A stretch of 63,990 nucleotides of DNA, counting the filler, from an uncultured bacterium (GTDB taxonomy: Bacteria; CAYJOG01): NCBI GenBank assembly GCA_964371695.1. It is 5 parts of 5 records of this genome, joined end to end, with 100 filler letters (N's around TTAATTAATTAA, not from the genome) between each part and the next. Parts side by side here need not be neighbours in the genome. Positions count along the whole stretch, not along the records: positions 1 to 14,722 come from CAYJOG010000021.1; positions 14,823 to 29,458 come from CAYJOG010000022.1; 3 more parts are not named here. One strand, 5' to 3'. The notes below the pieces were generated by a model. It had not been told where the DNA came from. It did no database searches and saw nothing but the letters and a program-made list of their open reading frames with translations. Positions 10,531 through 19,753 of the stretch are shown piece after piece; the stretch's first letter is position 1, and each line of letters begins with the position of its first letter. The position numbers and the translations under genes were made by a program.

Positions 10531-13173
10531 TTATATCTCCATCAAAATGGGCTGAAGCGCCCACAAAAGGGGCGGGTGAAAAAGGCCGCCTTTCTCCAGC
10601 GAAGTGAGGGGGCGGGATGTGGCGGCCATCAGGCGGAAGAGTGGAGGGCCGCCCGCCAGTGCGTCGGTGAACCAACGCCGGGTTTTTTCCAGATGGTCAA
10701 ACAATTCTTTTTGCGCCTCGCCAGAAAGCAGCGAAAGGTCAGGAATAAACAGCACGCCGCCCTGGGCGTCCTGCACAAGTCCGCCGGGTTGTTGCGCCGC
10801 GCCGGAAGTGACATCTGCCGTTGCGCCAAACAACACTTGCACCTGCTGGTTTTGGGAAATCTTTTGGAGGGACATGCACACAAATGGGCCGTTTCTGTTG
10901 TCTGACAGCGTGTGCAGACGTCGGGCAAAAGATTCGGCGTCCTGGCCGGGGGGGGCCTGAATGAGCAGCGGTGTGTCCAGATTCGCCGCCAGTTCCAGCA
11001 GTGCTTCCCGCTGCTGGCCGTTGTGCCGGGGGCTGTCACCGGGCGCTGTGCCTTGCAGGAACCGCCCCGCCCAGTTTTGGGTGAAGCCGGACAGGCGGCG
11101 GGCGGCCACATCCAGCAGCGGTGAGATGAGGGCGATTTCCGCCGCGGTGACGGGCTCCTGCACCTGAAGGGTCATCCTGCCGTGGTGGGCGGCGAAAAAC
11201 TCAAAGGCATGGTGAGGATTTTGAAGGGGTGTGCGCACCAGCGCCGTCCACGTTTCTTCAGTCGTCCACAACAGCAGCGCCGCCGGACGCCCCCGTGTGA
11301 TTTCCTCCACCAGATTCACCAGCACCCGGCACAGTGTGTCAAAGGAATGACCCGGCGCGCACAGGTGTTTGATCATCCAGGCGGTTTGCAGTTCCTTGCG
11401 GCTCAGGCTGGATGGCGCAGAGGGTTGGCGCTGGGGTGTCTGGTTGGCGATGAAGCGGATGTTTTCGCGGGAATACAGGCTGGGGTTCACGCCGTGCCGC
11501 TCCAGGTCGCGGCCCGTCTGGGCGAGGGCCTGTTCGTGGCCGGGGCTTTTGGCCAGGTCCTGAATCAGCGCGGTGAAACGCCGCGTGAGCAGGTGATTGA
11601 AATGGTCCTGGCTGTATTGAAAGTGAAAGCGGGCCGACATCGCCTCCAGCTCTCCTTCAATCCATTGCCCCCGCAGCGCCAGAAAAAGCCCCCAATAGGC
11701 CTGCATGAGATAAATGAACGGCAGCCCCTGCACCCAGTCTTCCTGCTGCTGCATGTCGTTCCAGCAGCTCTGCGCGTCGGCAGATTTGCCGCCGGTGAGA
11801 TTGATGAAAAAGAGGGCGAAATAGGCGTTGCGGGCCAGCGGGTCTATCACGTTGAGGCGGCGGCTGGTTTCCAGCGCCAGTTGCCAGTGATGCATGGCCT
11901 CGGCCAAGCGGCCCCGCGCCAGGGCGCACCAGCCCCGCAGCAGGTTGAGCATGGTGAAAATGTTTTTGTTGGGGAACGTCGGCGTGAAAAATTCCTGTGC
12001 GCTGTCAGACAGTGATTCCAGCCGACCTGGGTTCTCCTGAATGAGGCTGAGTAACAGGCGGGTGAACAGCAGGTGACTGTCACGCCAGCCCAGGGTGGTT
12101 TCCAGGGCGTCGCCTTCTTCCATCAGTCGGGTCGCCGCTTCAAACGACAACTCCTGAACAGCGAGGCGGGCGCGCAGACCCTGCATGGCCAGGGTGGCGG
12201 CGTCGGGGGGCCCCTGGGTACTCAGGCCCTTTTGCAGCAGGGCCAGCGTTTCGGGCACCGTGCCCCCGCCAAAGTAGAGGTTGTTGGATAATCCGGCATA
12301 ACCCCGGCGCTCAAAACAACCCAGGCCAAAGGCCTCACCGTGGTCTGTGAGTTTCTGGAACAACCCTCTGGCCTCATCGATCCAGCCCTGGTGGTGAGCA
12401 TGGTGGGCGGCGGCCTCCAGCCCCAGCCCTGTCGAAAAAGGTGTGTGCGCCGCCCACAGCGCCTTCTCTGCATCAAGCACAAAAAAACCGTGCAGGCGGC
12501 GCTCTCCCTGATACAGCGCCGCCTGCATGCGGGCAGCGTGACCATGCATGGCCAGGGGAGCGGTGGCCGAACCCGCCGCACGAATGGCCAGCGCCGCGTG
12601 AAAAAACGCCCTGTCCGGGTGAAAACAGGCCTGGTTGGGCCACGCGAAATAAAAAGCCGCCGCCTGATGGGTGAGTTGTTGCAGCAGGGCGGGGCCTTCC
12701 GCTGCTTCGCGCAGCAACTCCTCCACCACGCCGTGCAACGCCGTGGGCTGGTTGTCCTGAAAGAGACCCTGATAAACCCGGCAGCACCACAAAAGCCGCT
12801 GGGTGTGGGGCGAGGGATGTGTTTTGGGCGTGACCAGACAGCTCAGGCAATGGGCCAAGTGACCCCATTCCAGGGCTTCCAGGGCCTGACGGAAACAGTG
12901 GGCCTCTTCTGGTGTCAGGCCTGACAGGTCCAGGTCCAGATTGGCGAAAGGGGTTGGGAAGGGGTCGCAGGGGGGGAAGGTGGGCCGGGAGGAGGTTCCC
13001 GACTCCTTGAAAAGCATGAGTTTTTTGAGGGTTTTGCCCTGGGGACGCCGCGACTCGGGGTGGTGCAGGGGCAGTTCCCAGCGGTGCACCGTGAGGCGCG
13101 ACACCCCCAGGGCGCTGGCCAGCTCCTGTTGGGTGAGTTTTTGCCTGAGCTCGCGAATTTCGTGGGGAAGCAT
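10531..13173 (-). CDS. transcriptional regulator: XRE-type HTH + helical repeat region + degenerate sigma54-interaction (AAA+) domain
   Basis: N-term IRELRQKLTQQELASALGVSRLTVHRWE. C-term PLLIQ..G....FARRLH..S....GPFV...LFG....GG.LF......L....Q..L...FRLMAAT resembles the bEBP core. Confidence 0.8.
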   Translation of the reverse strand: MLPHEIRELRQKLTQQELASALGVSRLTVHRWELPLHHPESRRPQGKTLKKLMLFKESGTSSRPTFPPCDPFPTPFANLDLDLSGLTPEEAHCFRQALEALEWGHLAHCLSCLVTPKTHPSPHTQRLLWCCRVYQGLFQDNQPTALHGVVEELLREAAEGPALLQQLTHQAAAFYFAWPNQACFHPDRAFFHAALAIRAAGSATAPLAMHGHAARMQAALYQGERRLHGFFVLDAEKALWAAHTPFSTGLGLEAAAHHAHHQGWIDEARGLFQKLTDHGEAFGLGCFERRGYAGLSNNLYFGGGTVPETLALLQKGLSTQGPPDAATLAMQGLRARLAVQELSFEAATRLMEEGDALETTLGWRDSHLLFTRLLLSLIQENPGRLESLSDSAQEFFTPTFPNKNIFTMLNLLRGWCALARGRLAEAMHHWQLALETSRRLNVIDPLARNAYFALFFINLTGGKSADAQSCWNDMQQQEDWVQGLPFIYLMQAYWGLFLALRGQWIEGELEAMSARFHFQYSQDHFNHLLTRRFTALIQDLAKSPGHEQALAQTGRDLERHGVNPSLYSRENIRFIANQTPQRQPSAPSSLSRKELQTAWMIKHLCAPGHSFDTLCRVLVNLVEEITRGRPAALLLWTTEETWTALVRTPLQNPHHAFEFFAAHHGRMTLQVQEPVTAAEIALISPLLDVAARRLSGFTQNWAGRFLQGTAPGDSPRHNGQQREALLELAANLDTPLLIQAPPGQDAESFARRLHTLSDNRNGPFVCMSLQKISQNQQVQVLFGATADVTSGAAQQPGGLVQDAQGGVLFIPDLSLLSGEAQKELFDHLEKTRRWFTDALAGGPPLFRLMAATSRPLTSLEKGGLFHPPLLWALQPILMEI

Positions 13174-13436
13174 GATTTCGGGAGCATGATTATGTCACCC
13201 CCACGTCAAAAGCATCCGTTTTTATTTCCGGGTGGCCGTATTCCCTGTTTTTGTCCAAAAAGGATACTCGCTGATCTTTGTCCGATTCTTGTCAATGGGC
13301 TTGCTTTTGGTCAGCGGATTGTGGGAAAAGTCCTGCCTCCACCGGGAGAAGTTTGGCCGGGTGAAAAGGGATGCGCTGGAAGACCCACGGTCAAAAAACA
13401 AAAGTGGATCATGACAATCCTCAACGAGACAACAAA

Positions 13437-14722
13437 ATGAATCACCCCAGCTTTGTGAAAAGAAACGTTTTTCTGGGCCTGCTGACGGCGGGAAGCCTGC
13501 TGAGCGCCAAGGCCTTGGCGCTCAGCATCAAAATGCAGGAGTCGTCGTCTCCCCCCAAAGGGGTCAGTGGCCGGGTTGAAGAATCCAAGACCCCTGCGGC
13601 CCCTGCCGCCACGGGGGGGGCTGGCGAGGCTCCGGCCCCCGCCGGTGGCGGCGCGCCACAGGGCCAGCAGGCGGGCAAGGACCCCTATCAGGGCATCTTC
13701 AACATCTGGCAGCCGCTGGACAAGGTTTTGCCCCTGAAAAGCGGCAAGATCACCGCTGCGTTCATGAGCCTGGGCAACAACCCCGGCGGTGGGGCGGCGG
13801 CCCTGCTGCGCGACAACAGCATCGGGGGATATTTTCTGGAGGCGGGGGGCAAGGATTATGGCCTGCTCAAGGGCCTCACGGGCAAGTTTCAATACAACCG
13901 CCAGCTCAAAACCAGTCTGAACGCCAACCGCATGATGGAATGGAAAGCCAGTGTGCTGGGGGCGGAACTGCGGTTTAACCGCACCGACAACCGCACCGGC
14001 TCGGCGGGCGTCACCAATTTGCAGAACAGCAACACCTACGGCCTCAATTACCAGTCCAAAAAGGGTCTCGCCGTGGCCTATCAGAGCACCGTGAACATCG
14101 CCAAAACCCTGGGCGCGTCTCCGGCGCGTTCCGGTGCGCGCAACCAGAGCCTGAACCTGACGCTGCCCCTCACCAAAAAAATCAAGCTCACCCACGTGGG
14201 CAACACCGCCAGCAGCCGCAATTATTTTTCGGGCGACATCACACGGGCGGTGCAGACCGACACCCGCCTGGACGTGCCCTTTCGCAAGAACCTCAGTTTC
14301 ATCATGGGCTACCAGGGCCAGGTCAACCGCAACCTGCCCGCCAACGGCCAGGGCAACCAGCGCTCCGGCAGGTTCACGCGTTACACGGGCATCACCTATT
14401 CCTTCATGAAAGACATGAAGCTCACCTTCAAGGTGGACAGAAACCACAGCAAAAACAGCTCCCCTGGCCAGACCACCAGCTTTGACACCACCAAAAAGGA
14501 CTGGCTTCTGGAGGCCCCGCTCTCGTCCAAGGCCAAGTTCAAGGCCACCCTGCAATCGGTGTTTGACCTCAGCACCGGCATGACCCGTGTGGGGGCCACC
14601 AATTTCAGTTATGACCACAAAAAGCTGCGCCTGCTGCCGGGCTCCACCACCGTGGACACCCGCCGGGAATTTGTCCGCGCAGGCACCAACTCCACCTACA
14701 ACACCACCACGGTGCTGAACAC
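13437..14722 (+). CDS. secreted or outer-membrane beta-strand-rich protein (partial, truncated at contig end)
   Basis: Signal peptide ending ..SAKALA, a Pro/Gly linker, then regular amphipathic beta strands. Confidence 0.7.
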
Positions 14723-14822
14723 NNNNNNNNNNNNNNNNNNNNNNNNNNNNNNNNNNNNNNNNNNNNTTAATTAATTAANNNNNNNNNNNNNNNNNNNNNN
14801 NNNNNNNNNNNNNNNNNNNNNN
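14723..14822. other. artificial contig linker
   Basis: N run + TTAATTAATTAA (stops in all six frames) + N run. Confidence 0.98.
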
Positions 14823-14851
14823 GAGGGTGGCGCATCGCGCCGGGTGAGGGG
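14823..14851 (-). repeat. partial copy of the CCCTCACCCGG..CCCTCTCCC palindromic repeat family
   Basis: gagggtggcgcatcgcgccgggtgagggg matches copies at 44168, 46773 and 46919. Confidence 0.7.
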
Positions 14852-14858
14852 GACAGCC

Positions 14859-15917
14859 TCACGGCCCTGGCGGCCAGGGCAGGCCCTCGCACGCGCCCAG
14901 TTCGCGGCAGGACTGGGTTTGAAACAACAGGATGGCCCGGTAGCTGCCAGCAGATTTGTCGCAGAACGACGGGGTGGCCGCGCCGCAGACCAGGGGGAAA
15001 TGTTTGAGTTCCGCGCCGGGGGCCAGGGGTTGGCCGCCCTCGCCCAGCTCCCACTTGCCCCCGCCAGAGGCGGTGAGGATTTTGGTGGGCGAAGACCCTT
15101 TGCAGGCCAGACACACCACCGCACCGTTTTCGATTTTGTGCTCCCCGCCGCATTCCGCCACCAGACAGGCGCTTTTGACCTTGCGGGCTGTGCGGTCGCA
15201 CCACAGGTTCAGGCTGTCGGTTTCGGTCTGTTCCAGCGCCCGGCAGGCGGCGGTGGAAGTGCCGACCGCCGGAACTGCGGTGGATGGGGTGGGCGCAGGG
15301 CTGCCACCCGTGGGGGCTGACCCAGGGGCTGACGCCGCCGGGCCGGGCCGGTAGGTTTTCACACCCCGTGTGGAAACCGCCGTGGCGGGCCAGAACTGGT
15401 TTTGATACGGCTCCCGCTCTATTTTGCCCCGATAAGGCCAAGGCTCGCCCACGTCGTGGCCGCCATAGTGAAGGGCGTGGCTGGCCCAACGGTCATCGGC
15501 CAGCCGTCGGGCCTGGGTGGCGGCCACATGCACCGGCACACTCGTGCCCTTCAGGCTGTAGCGCCCCTGGGAAGGCGCGAACACATCGGCCTTCTGTTCC
15601 AGCAGCACCTGAAACACGTCCGCGTGGCCAAACAGGGCGGCGTAATCCAGCGCGGTCAGGCCGTGGCTGTCGCGGACTTCTACATTGGCCCCGCTTTTGA
15701 TGGCGATGAGGGTGTCCAAGGCGTTTCCCGCCATGGCGGCGAGTATCAGGCTGCGGTCCAGTTCTCCCTGTGTGGGGGGCGGGGCGGTTTTGGCCGCCGG
15801 TGTGCGGGAGAGCGGCGACAGGCTTTGGGCATGGGCCACCGTCCCCAGGCCAGACAGGGCCAGACACAGAAACCCGCTCAGCAGGGCAGCAAGCCGCACG
15901 AGAAGGCAGTTTATCAC
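14859..15917 (-). CDS. secreted ankyrin-repeat protein with a Cys-rich C-terminal domain
   Basis: Signal peptide (..GTVAHA); ankyrin motif GANVEVRDSHGLTALDYAALFGHADVFQVLLEQKAD; 10 Cys in the C-terminal part. GTG start inferred. Confidence 0.75.
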   Translation of the reverse strand: MINCLLVRLAALLSGFLCLALSGLGTVAHAQSLSPLSRTPAAKTAPPPTQGELDRSLILAAMAGNALDTLIAIKSGANVEVRDSHGLTALDYAALFGHADVFQVLLEQKADVFAPSQGRYSLKGTSVPVHVAATQARRLADDRWASHALHYGGHDVGEPWPYRGKIEREPYQNQFWPATAVSTRGVKTYRPGPAASAPGSAPTGGSPAPTPSTAVPAVGTSTAACRALEQTETDSLNLWCDRTARKVKSACLVAECGGEHKIENGAVVCLACKGSSPTKILTASGGGKWELGEGGQPLAPGAELKHFPLVCGAATPSFCDKSAGSYRAILLFQTQSCRELGACEGLPWPPGP

Positions 15918-15933
15918 GGCCAGGGCGGGGGCT

Positions 15934-17449
15934 TCACGGCCCGGCGGGCAAACCGGCCTTGTTCTCCTTGTCATAAAAAAAGCGGATGTTCTTGACGCCA
16001 TAGGTGAGGGTGCGCCACAGGCCCCGCCGGGTGAGGCTGGCCTGGGTGATCCAGAAACTCAGCAGATACACCAGGTCAAACACCCGGTTGGGCGGCAGGT
16101 GGCACAGGCGCAGCAGGGGAGGCGTGAGGGCGGGGAAGTAGAGCATGAGGAACGAGAGTTTTTGCAGGTTTTCGATGGTGCGCCGCTCGGTGTCTTTCAC
16201 CACGCTGGCCCTCAGCGCGCTCTGGTGCAGGTCGTCGGGGCTGTCTTCCACCACGCCCTGGGCGCGCAGCATGTCCCCCAGCGTGGTGCCCGGATAGGGC
16301 TGAAAAATGCTCACAAAGGCGTATTTCACCCCCATGCGCCGGGCCAGGGTGATGGTGTCCAGGCTGCCCTGCACCCCCTGGCCGGGCACGCCGATCATGT
16401 AATACGCCCGCAGGGGGAGGTCATATTTCCGCCCCAGGCCAGAGAGCGCGTCGTAGTGGTGGTCTTTGTCGGTGCGCCGCAGGGTTTTGCGCACGTCTTC
16501 ACCGGCAGACTCCAGGCCAAACTGCAAGGCGTGGCAACCGGCCTTTTTCAGGGCGCGGGCCATGTCCTCGTTAAACAGGTCGCTTTTGGTGTTGCACAAA
16601 AAGGGCACGGCCACCTCGGTGGCGTAACGGTCCAGAAAAGCCAGCGCCCAGTCCTGCTTCAGGCCAAAAATGTCATCCACAAAATTGAGGCAGGTGGCGC
16701 CGTGGCGTTCTTTCAGTTCGCGGCATTCCGCCAGCACGGAATCCATGTCGCGCAGGCGGATGGGCTTGCCGTTGCCCCGGTACATTTNNNNNNNNNNAAT
16801 GGTGGTTGAAACAATAAGAGCAGGAATAGGGTCACCCCCGCGTGGTGAGCACGGGGAAAAGTGTCTCCTGACGAAAATAGGGCAGGCGCTGATAGATTTC
16901 GCGGTCGCTGGGGCCGATGTCGTCCAGGTTGGCAGAGAGGTGCCGCAGGGGGTTCACACGGGGGGAGCCGTCTTCGTGGCGGGTGACCACGTTGGGAATG
17001 TCGCGGATGGCGTCCACACTGCGCTGGCCCATCAGCGCCACGGCCATGTCCAGCACCGATTCCTCGGCTTCGCCCCGCACCAGGGCGTCAAAGGCGCTGT
17101 CGCGAATGGCGTCGGGATAAAACGTGGGGTGCGGCCCCCCCATGATGACCGGCAGGTGGGGGTGGGTGTTTTTGACCGTGCGGGCCACGTGCTCGGCCCA
17201 GCCGTGGCTGCCGCTGATGACGGGCACCCCCACAAACAGCGGGTTGGTTTCTTCAATGAGCGCGGCCAGGCGTCTGGTGTTGCCAAACACCTCCACCCAC
17301 GGCGTAAACCCGGCCCGCTTGAGCACCGTGCTGAGAAAACCCACCCCCAGCAGCTCGTGCCACACGTTCTGCACAAACAGCACATTGCCTTCGCCTTGTT
17401 GAGAAAAAGGCTGCACCGGAGCCACCGGGGCGCTTGCGGTCTGGGGCAT
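15934..17449 (-). CDS. B12-binding (class B) radical SAM protein; in-frame TGA at 16832-16834 and an assembly gap at 16788-16797
   Basis: N-term GGPHPTF..D..VRGEAEE (cobalamin-binding). Reads TTRG*PYSCSYCFNHH, then after the gap F.DDIF, GLES and FQPYPGT. Confidence 0.85.
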
Positions 17450-17558
17450 GCAGAAAGGCTAACATCCAAGTCCCGAAAATCGGAAAGAAGAGTTAGGTTT
17501 TGCGGGCAGATGGTGTCGAAACCATGCTTTTTTGCAGCATGTGCGCTACAATTTGGCC

Positions 17559-17777
17559 ATGGCGCGCACGGCCACCACACCAAAGCTGCCCCGGAAAACC
17601 CCGTCTTCTTCCGCTGCCGCCACCGGAGCCAAGGAACGCCCCGATGTGCTGGTGCTTCATTCCCCCGACGGCACGGTGCGAAAAATCGGCAGGGGTTTGA
17701 AATCCACCGGCCACAAACTGACCGATCAGGAAAAAGCCATGTGGGATGAAATTCTGGGCAAGCAGGAATGGCTGTAA
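17559..17777 (+). CDS. small hypothetical protein (possible antitoxin)
   Basis: 72-aa ORF immediately upstream of a 100-aa ORF. Confidence 0.55.
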   Translation: MARTATTPKLPRKTPSSSAAATGAKERPDVLVLHSPDGTVRKIGRGLKSTGHKLTDQEKAMWDEILGKQEWL

Positions 17778-17792
17778 GCCACAGGAACGTGC

Positions 17793-18095
17793 GTGGCTTT
17801 TCATTTTTTTGAAACGGATCGGTGGAAATGGTCCATCAAGAAAACATATCCCCAAAGTCCGGCGGACAGGGAAGCGCTCAATCGGTGGGTTCGCACGGAG
17901 TTTAACGAAGGGCTGATGGCGAAAACCGAAGAAGCAGGGATTTCAAGGGAGCAGAGTTTCCACCGCAAACACCTGAACGATTCCGACCTCATGGGTTATT
18001 TTTCCAGATCGTTGAATCACCCGGACTACATTTTTTGGGGTTGGCTGGAAGTGGACGGGATCTGGCAGCCGCCAGAGAAACGAAAAAAAACGTGA
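17793..18095 (+). CDS. small hypothetical protein (possible RelE/ParE-like toxin)
   Basis: 100 aa; N-terminal beta-alpha pattern FHFFETDRWKWSIKK; stop overlaps the trpF start (GTGA). Confidence 0.55.
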   Translation: MAFHFFETDRWKWSIKKTYPQSPADREALNRWVRTEFNEGLMAKTEEAGISREQSFHRKHLNDSDLMGYFSRSLNHPDYIFWGWLEVDGIWQPPEKRKKT

Positions 18096-18766
18096 GCGCC
18101 GCCCTCTCCCCGTCTCCTTTCCCCTTCACCATCAAGGTCTGCGGCCTCACCCGCAAAGAAGACGTGCTGGCGGCGGTGGAGGCCGGGGCGGACGCCGTGG
18201 GTTTTGTGCTGGTGGGGGGACCGCGAAAAATCAACGCCCACGAGGCGGGCATTCTGGCTTTGTTTGTGCCGCCGGAAAGCGGCGTGAAACGGGTGGCGCT
18301 GATTTCACAGGCCGACCAGCTTCACCCCCGCGAGGCCAAGTGGTTTGACCTCATACAGGTGCATGGTGAACACAGCCCGGAAGAACTCACGGCCTTCAGC
18401 CACCGTTATGGCCTGCCGGTTTTTCCCGCCCTGGCGGCGCGGGAAGATTTCACTTCACGGGCGACGGCGGCCCTGGCCGCGCCGGGTGTGGCGGCGGTGC
18501 TGGTGGACGCCCACGTGCCCGGCCAGTTGGGGGGCACGGGGCAAACCGTGGACTGGCTGGCGGTGGGGGCGCGCCCGGCGGCGCTGTTGCCATTGGTGCT
18601 GGCGGGGGGGCTGAAACCAGAGAACGTGGCCACGGCCATTGCCCAGGCCCGGCCCCAGGCAGTGGACGCCAGCAGCGGCCTGGAATCTGCCCCCAGCGTG
18701 AAAGACCACGAAAAAATCAGGGCCTATGTTCAGGCGGCAAAAACGGCATTTGCAGAGTGCCGATAG
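18092..18766 (+). CDS. trpF: phosphoribosylanthranilate isomerase
   Basis: IKVCGLT, GADAVGFV, IQVHG, GGTG..DW, LAGGL.PENV, VDASSGLE. Confidence 0.95.
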   Translation: MSAALSPSPFPFTIKVCGLTRKEDVLAAVEAGADAVGFVLVGGPRKINAHEAGILALFVPPESGVKRVALISQADQLHPREAKWFDLIQVHGEHSPEELTAFSHRYGLPVFPALAAREDFTSRATAALAAPGVAAVLVDAHVPGQLGGTGQTVDWLAVGARPAALLPLVLAGGLKPENVATAIAQARPQAVDASSGLESAPSVKDHEKIRAYVQAAKTAFAECR

Positions 18767-18799
18767 AAGCCATCTCGCTCAAATGAGAGAGATGGCTTC
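18766..18799. terminator. stem-loop between convergent genes
   Basis: GAAGCCATCTC-N12-GAGATGGCTTC directly after the trpF stop; no clear U-tract. Confidence 0.55.
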
Positions 18800-18827
18800 A
18801 AGTGGTTCATTTGGTTAAAAATGAGGA

Positions 18828-18883
18828 GTAGGTGCGGTGTCCCCACCGCACTGTTACAGCAGCGATGGGGACATCGCTGCTAC
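18828..18883. repeat. inverted doublet of GTAG-type REP palindromes
   Basis: GTAG-GTGCGGTG-TCCC-CACCGCAC plus an inverted GTAG-CAGCGATG-TCCC-CATCGCTG. Confidence 0.8.
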
Positions 18884-18932
18884 GCATTTTGAGTCGGATG
18901 AACCACCAGCGGGGGGGGGTATCAGCACCCTG

Positions 18933-19712
18933 CTAAAAATCCAGGCTCCGGCGCTGCTCCAGAAACAGGCTGGTTTCGCTTTCGTGGTCTACGGCGGTGG
19001 TGAGGTAACTGCCGGGGCTGAAGCGCCATTTCACGCTCATCAACCGGCTTTGCTCCTGGTCGAACTTCTGCTCGTAGTGCAGCAGAAAATCGTTTTTCAC
19101 TTCCCGCTCCACCAGCAGGAACAGGTCGTTGTTTTCGGTGAGGGTCACATCCAGCGACTCAAACCCCAGGGCGCGGCCCTGCTGGCTGAACAGCGCACTG
19201 GTATACACCCCCGCCACTTCGCCCAACTGGTTGCGCAGGGCGGCAGAAAAATCGCCCGTCTCCAACGCGCCTTCCACCAGATCGCGCCGCAACAGCAGCG
19301 CCAGGATTTCCTTCTGGTCCATGGGGGGGCTGGCGGTGAACAGCGCCGTGGCGGTGGGCGGCTCCACGCCGGGCGGGGTGTCGCCGGTGTCGGGCAACTG
19401 GATTTCGTTCAGCGGACCTTTGAGCGCCACCGAGATATCGCGCCCCCGCACACGGGCGCGTGCCTTGATGTCCACCTCTGGCCACAGGCCGGTGATGGGC
19501 TTGAAATGCAGCAGGCCGCCTTTTTCCATGACAAAGCGGTTGTTGAGCAAAAGCAGTTCGCCGTGTTGCAGCGTCATCTGACCCAGCAGGCTGGGAGGCC
19601 CGTGGGCCGAGGCCACGCGGCTTGCGCCCGACACCGCCATGCTCAGTGTGCGGGCAGGGCCGCGGATTTCCATGCCCGCCGGGTGTGTGTTCAGCAACAC
19701 GTCATATTCCAT
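18933..19712 (-). CDS. TamB (DUF490)-like C-terminal fragment
   Basis: NRFVMEKG.L.F.P..G.WPEVDIKA...LKGP...FTASPPMDQKEILALL matches the TamB C-terminal pattern. Confidence 0.75.
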   Translation of the reverse strand: MEYDVLLNTHPAGMEIRGPARTLSMAVSGASRVASAHGPPSLLGQMTLQHGELLLLNNRFVMEKGGLLHFKPITGLWPEVDIKARARVRGRDISVALKGPLNEIQLPDTGDTPPGVEPPTATALFTASPPMDQKEILALLLRRDLVEGALETGDFSAALRNQLGEVAGVYTSALFSQQGRALGFESLDVTLTENNDLFLLVEREVKNDFLLHYEQKFDQEQSRLMSVKWRFSPGSYLTTAVDHESETSLFLEQRRSLDF

Positions 19713-19753
19713 GCCGAGAGCCCCTGGCTGGCCGCCACGGCGCGGTCATAGGG

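Noticed and set aside
14723-14822. Repeated TTAATTAATTAA motif flanked by N runs (4 times)
   Set aside because: Artificial contig linker. ORFs running into it and gene adjacency across it are not biological.
16832-16834. Genome-wide TGA reassignment
   Set aside because: TGA terminates many conserved genes at the expected position (hisA, hisH, glnD, def), and Trp is encoded by TGG.
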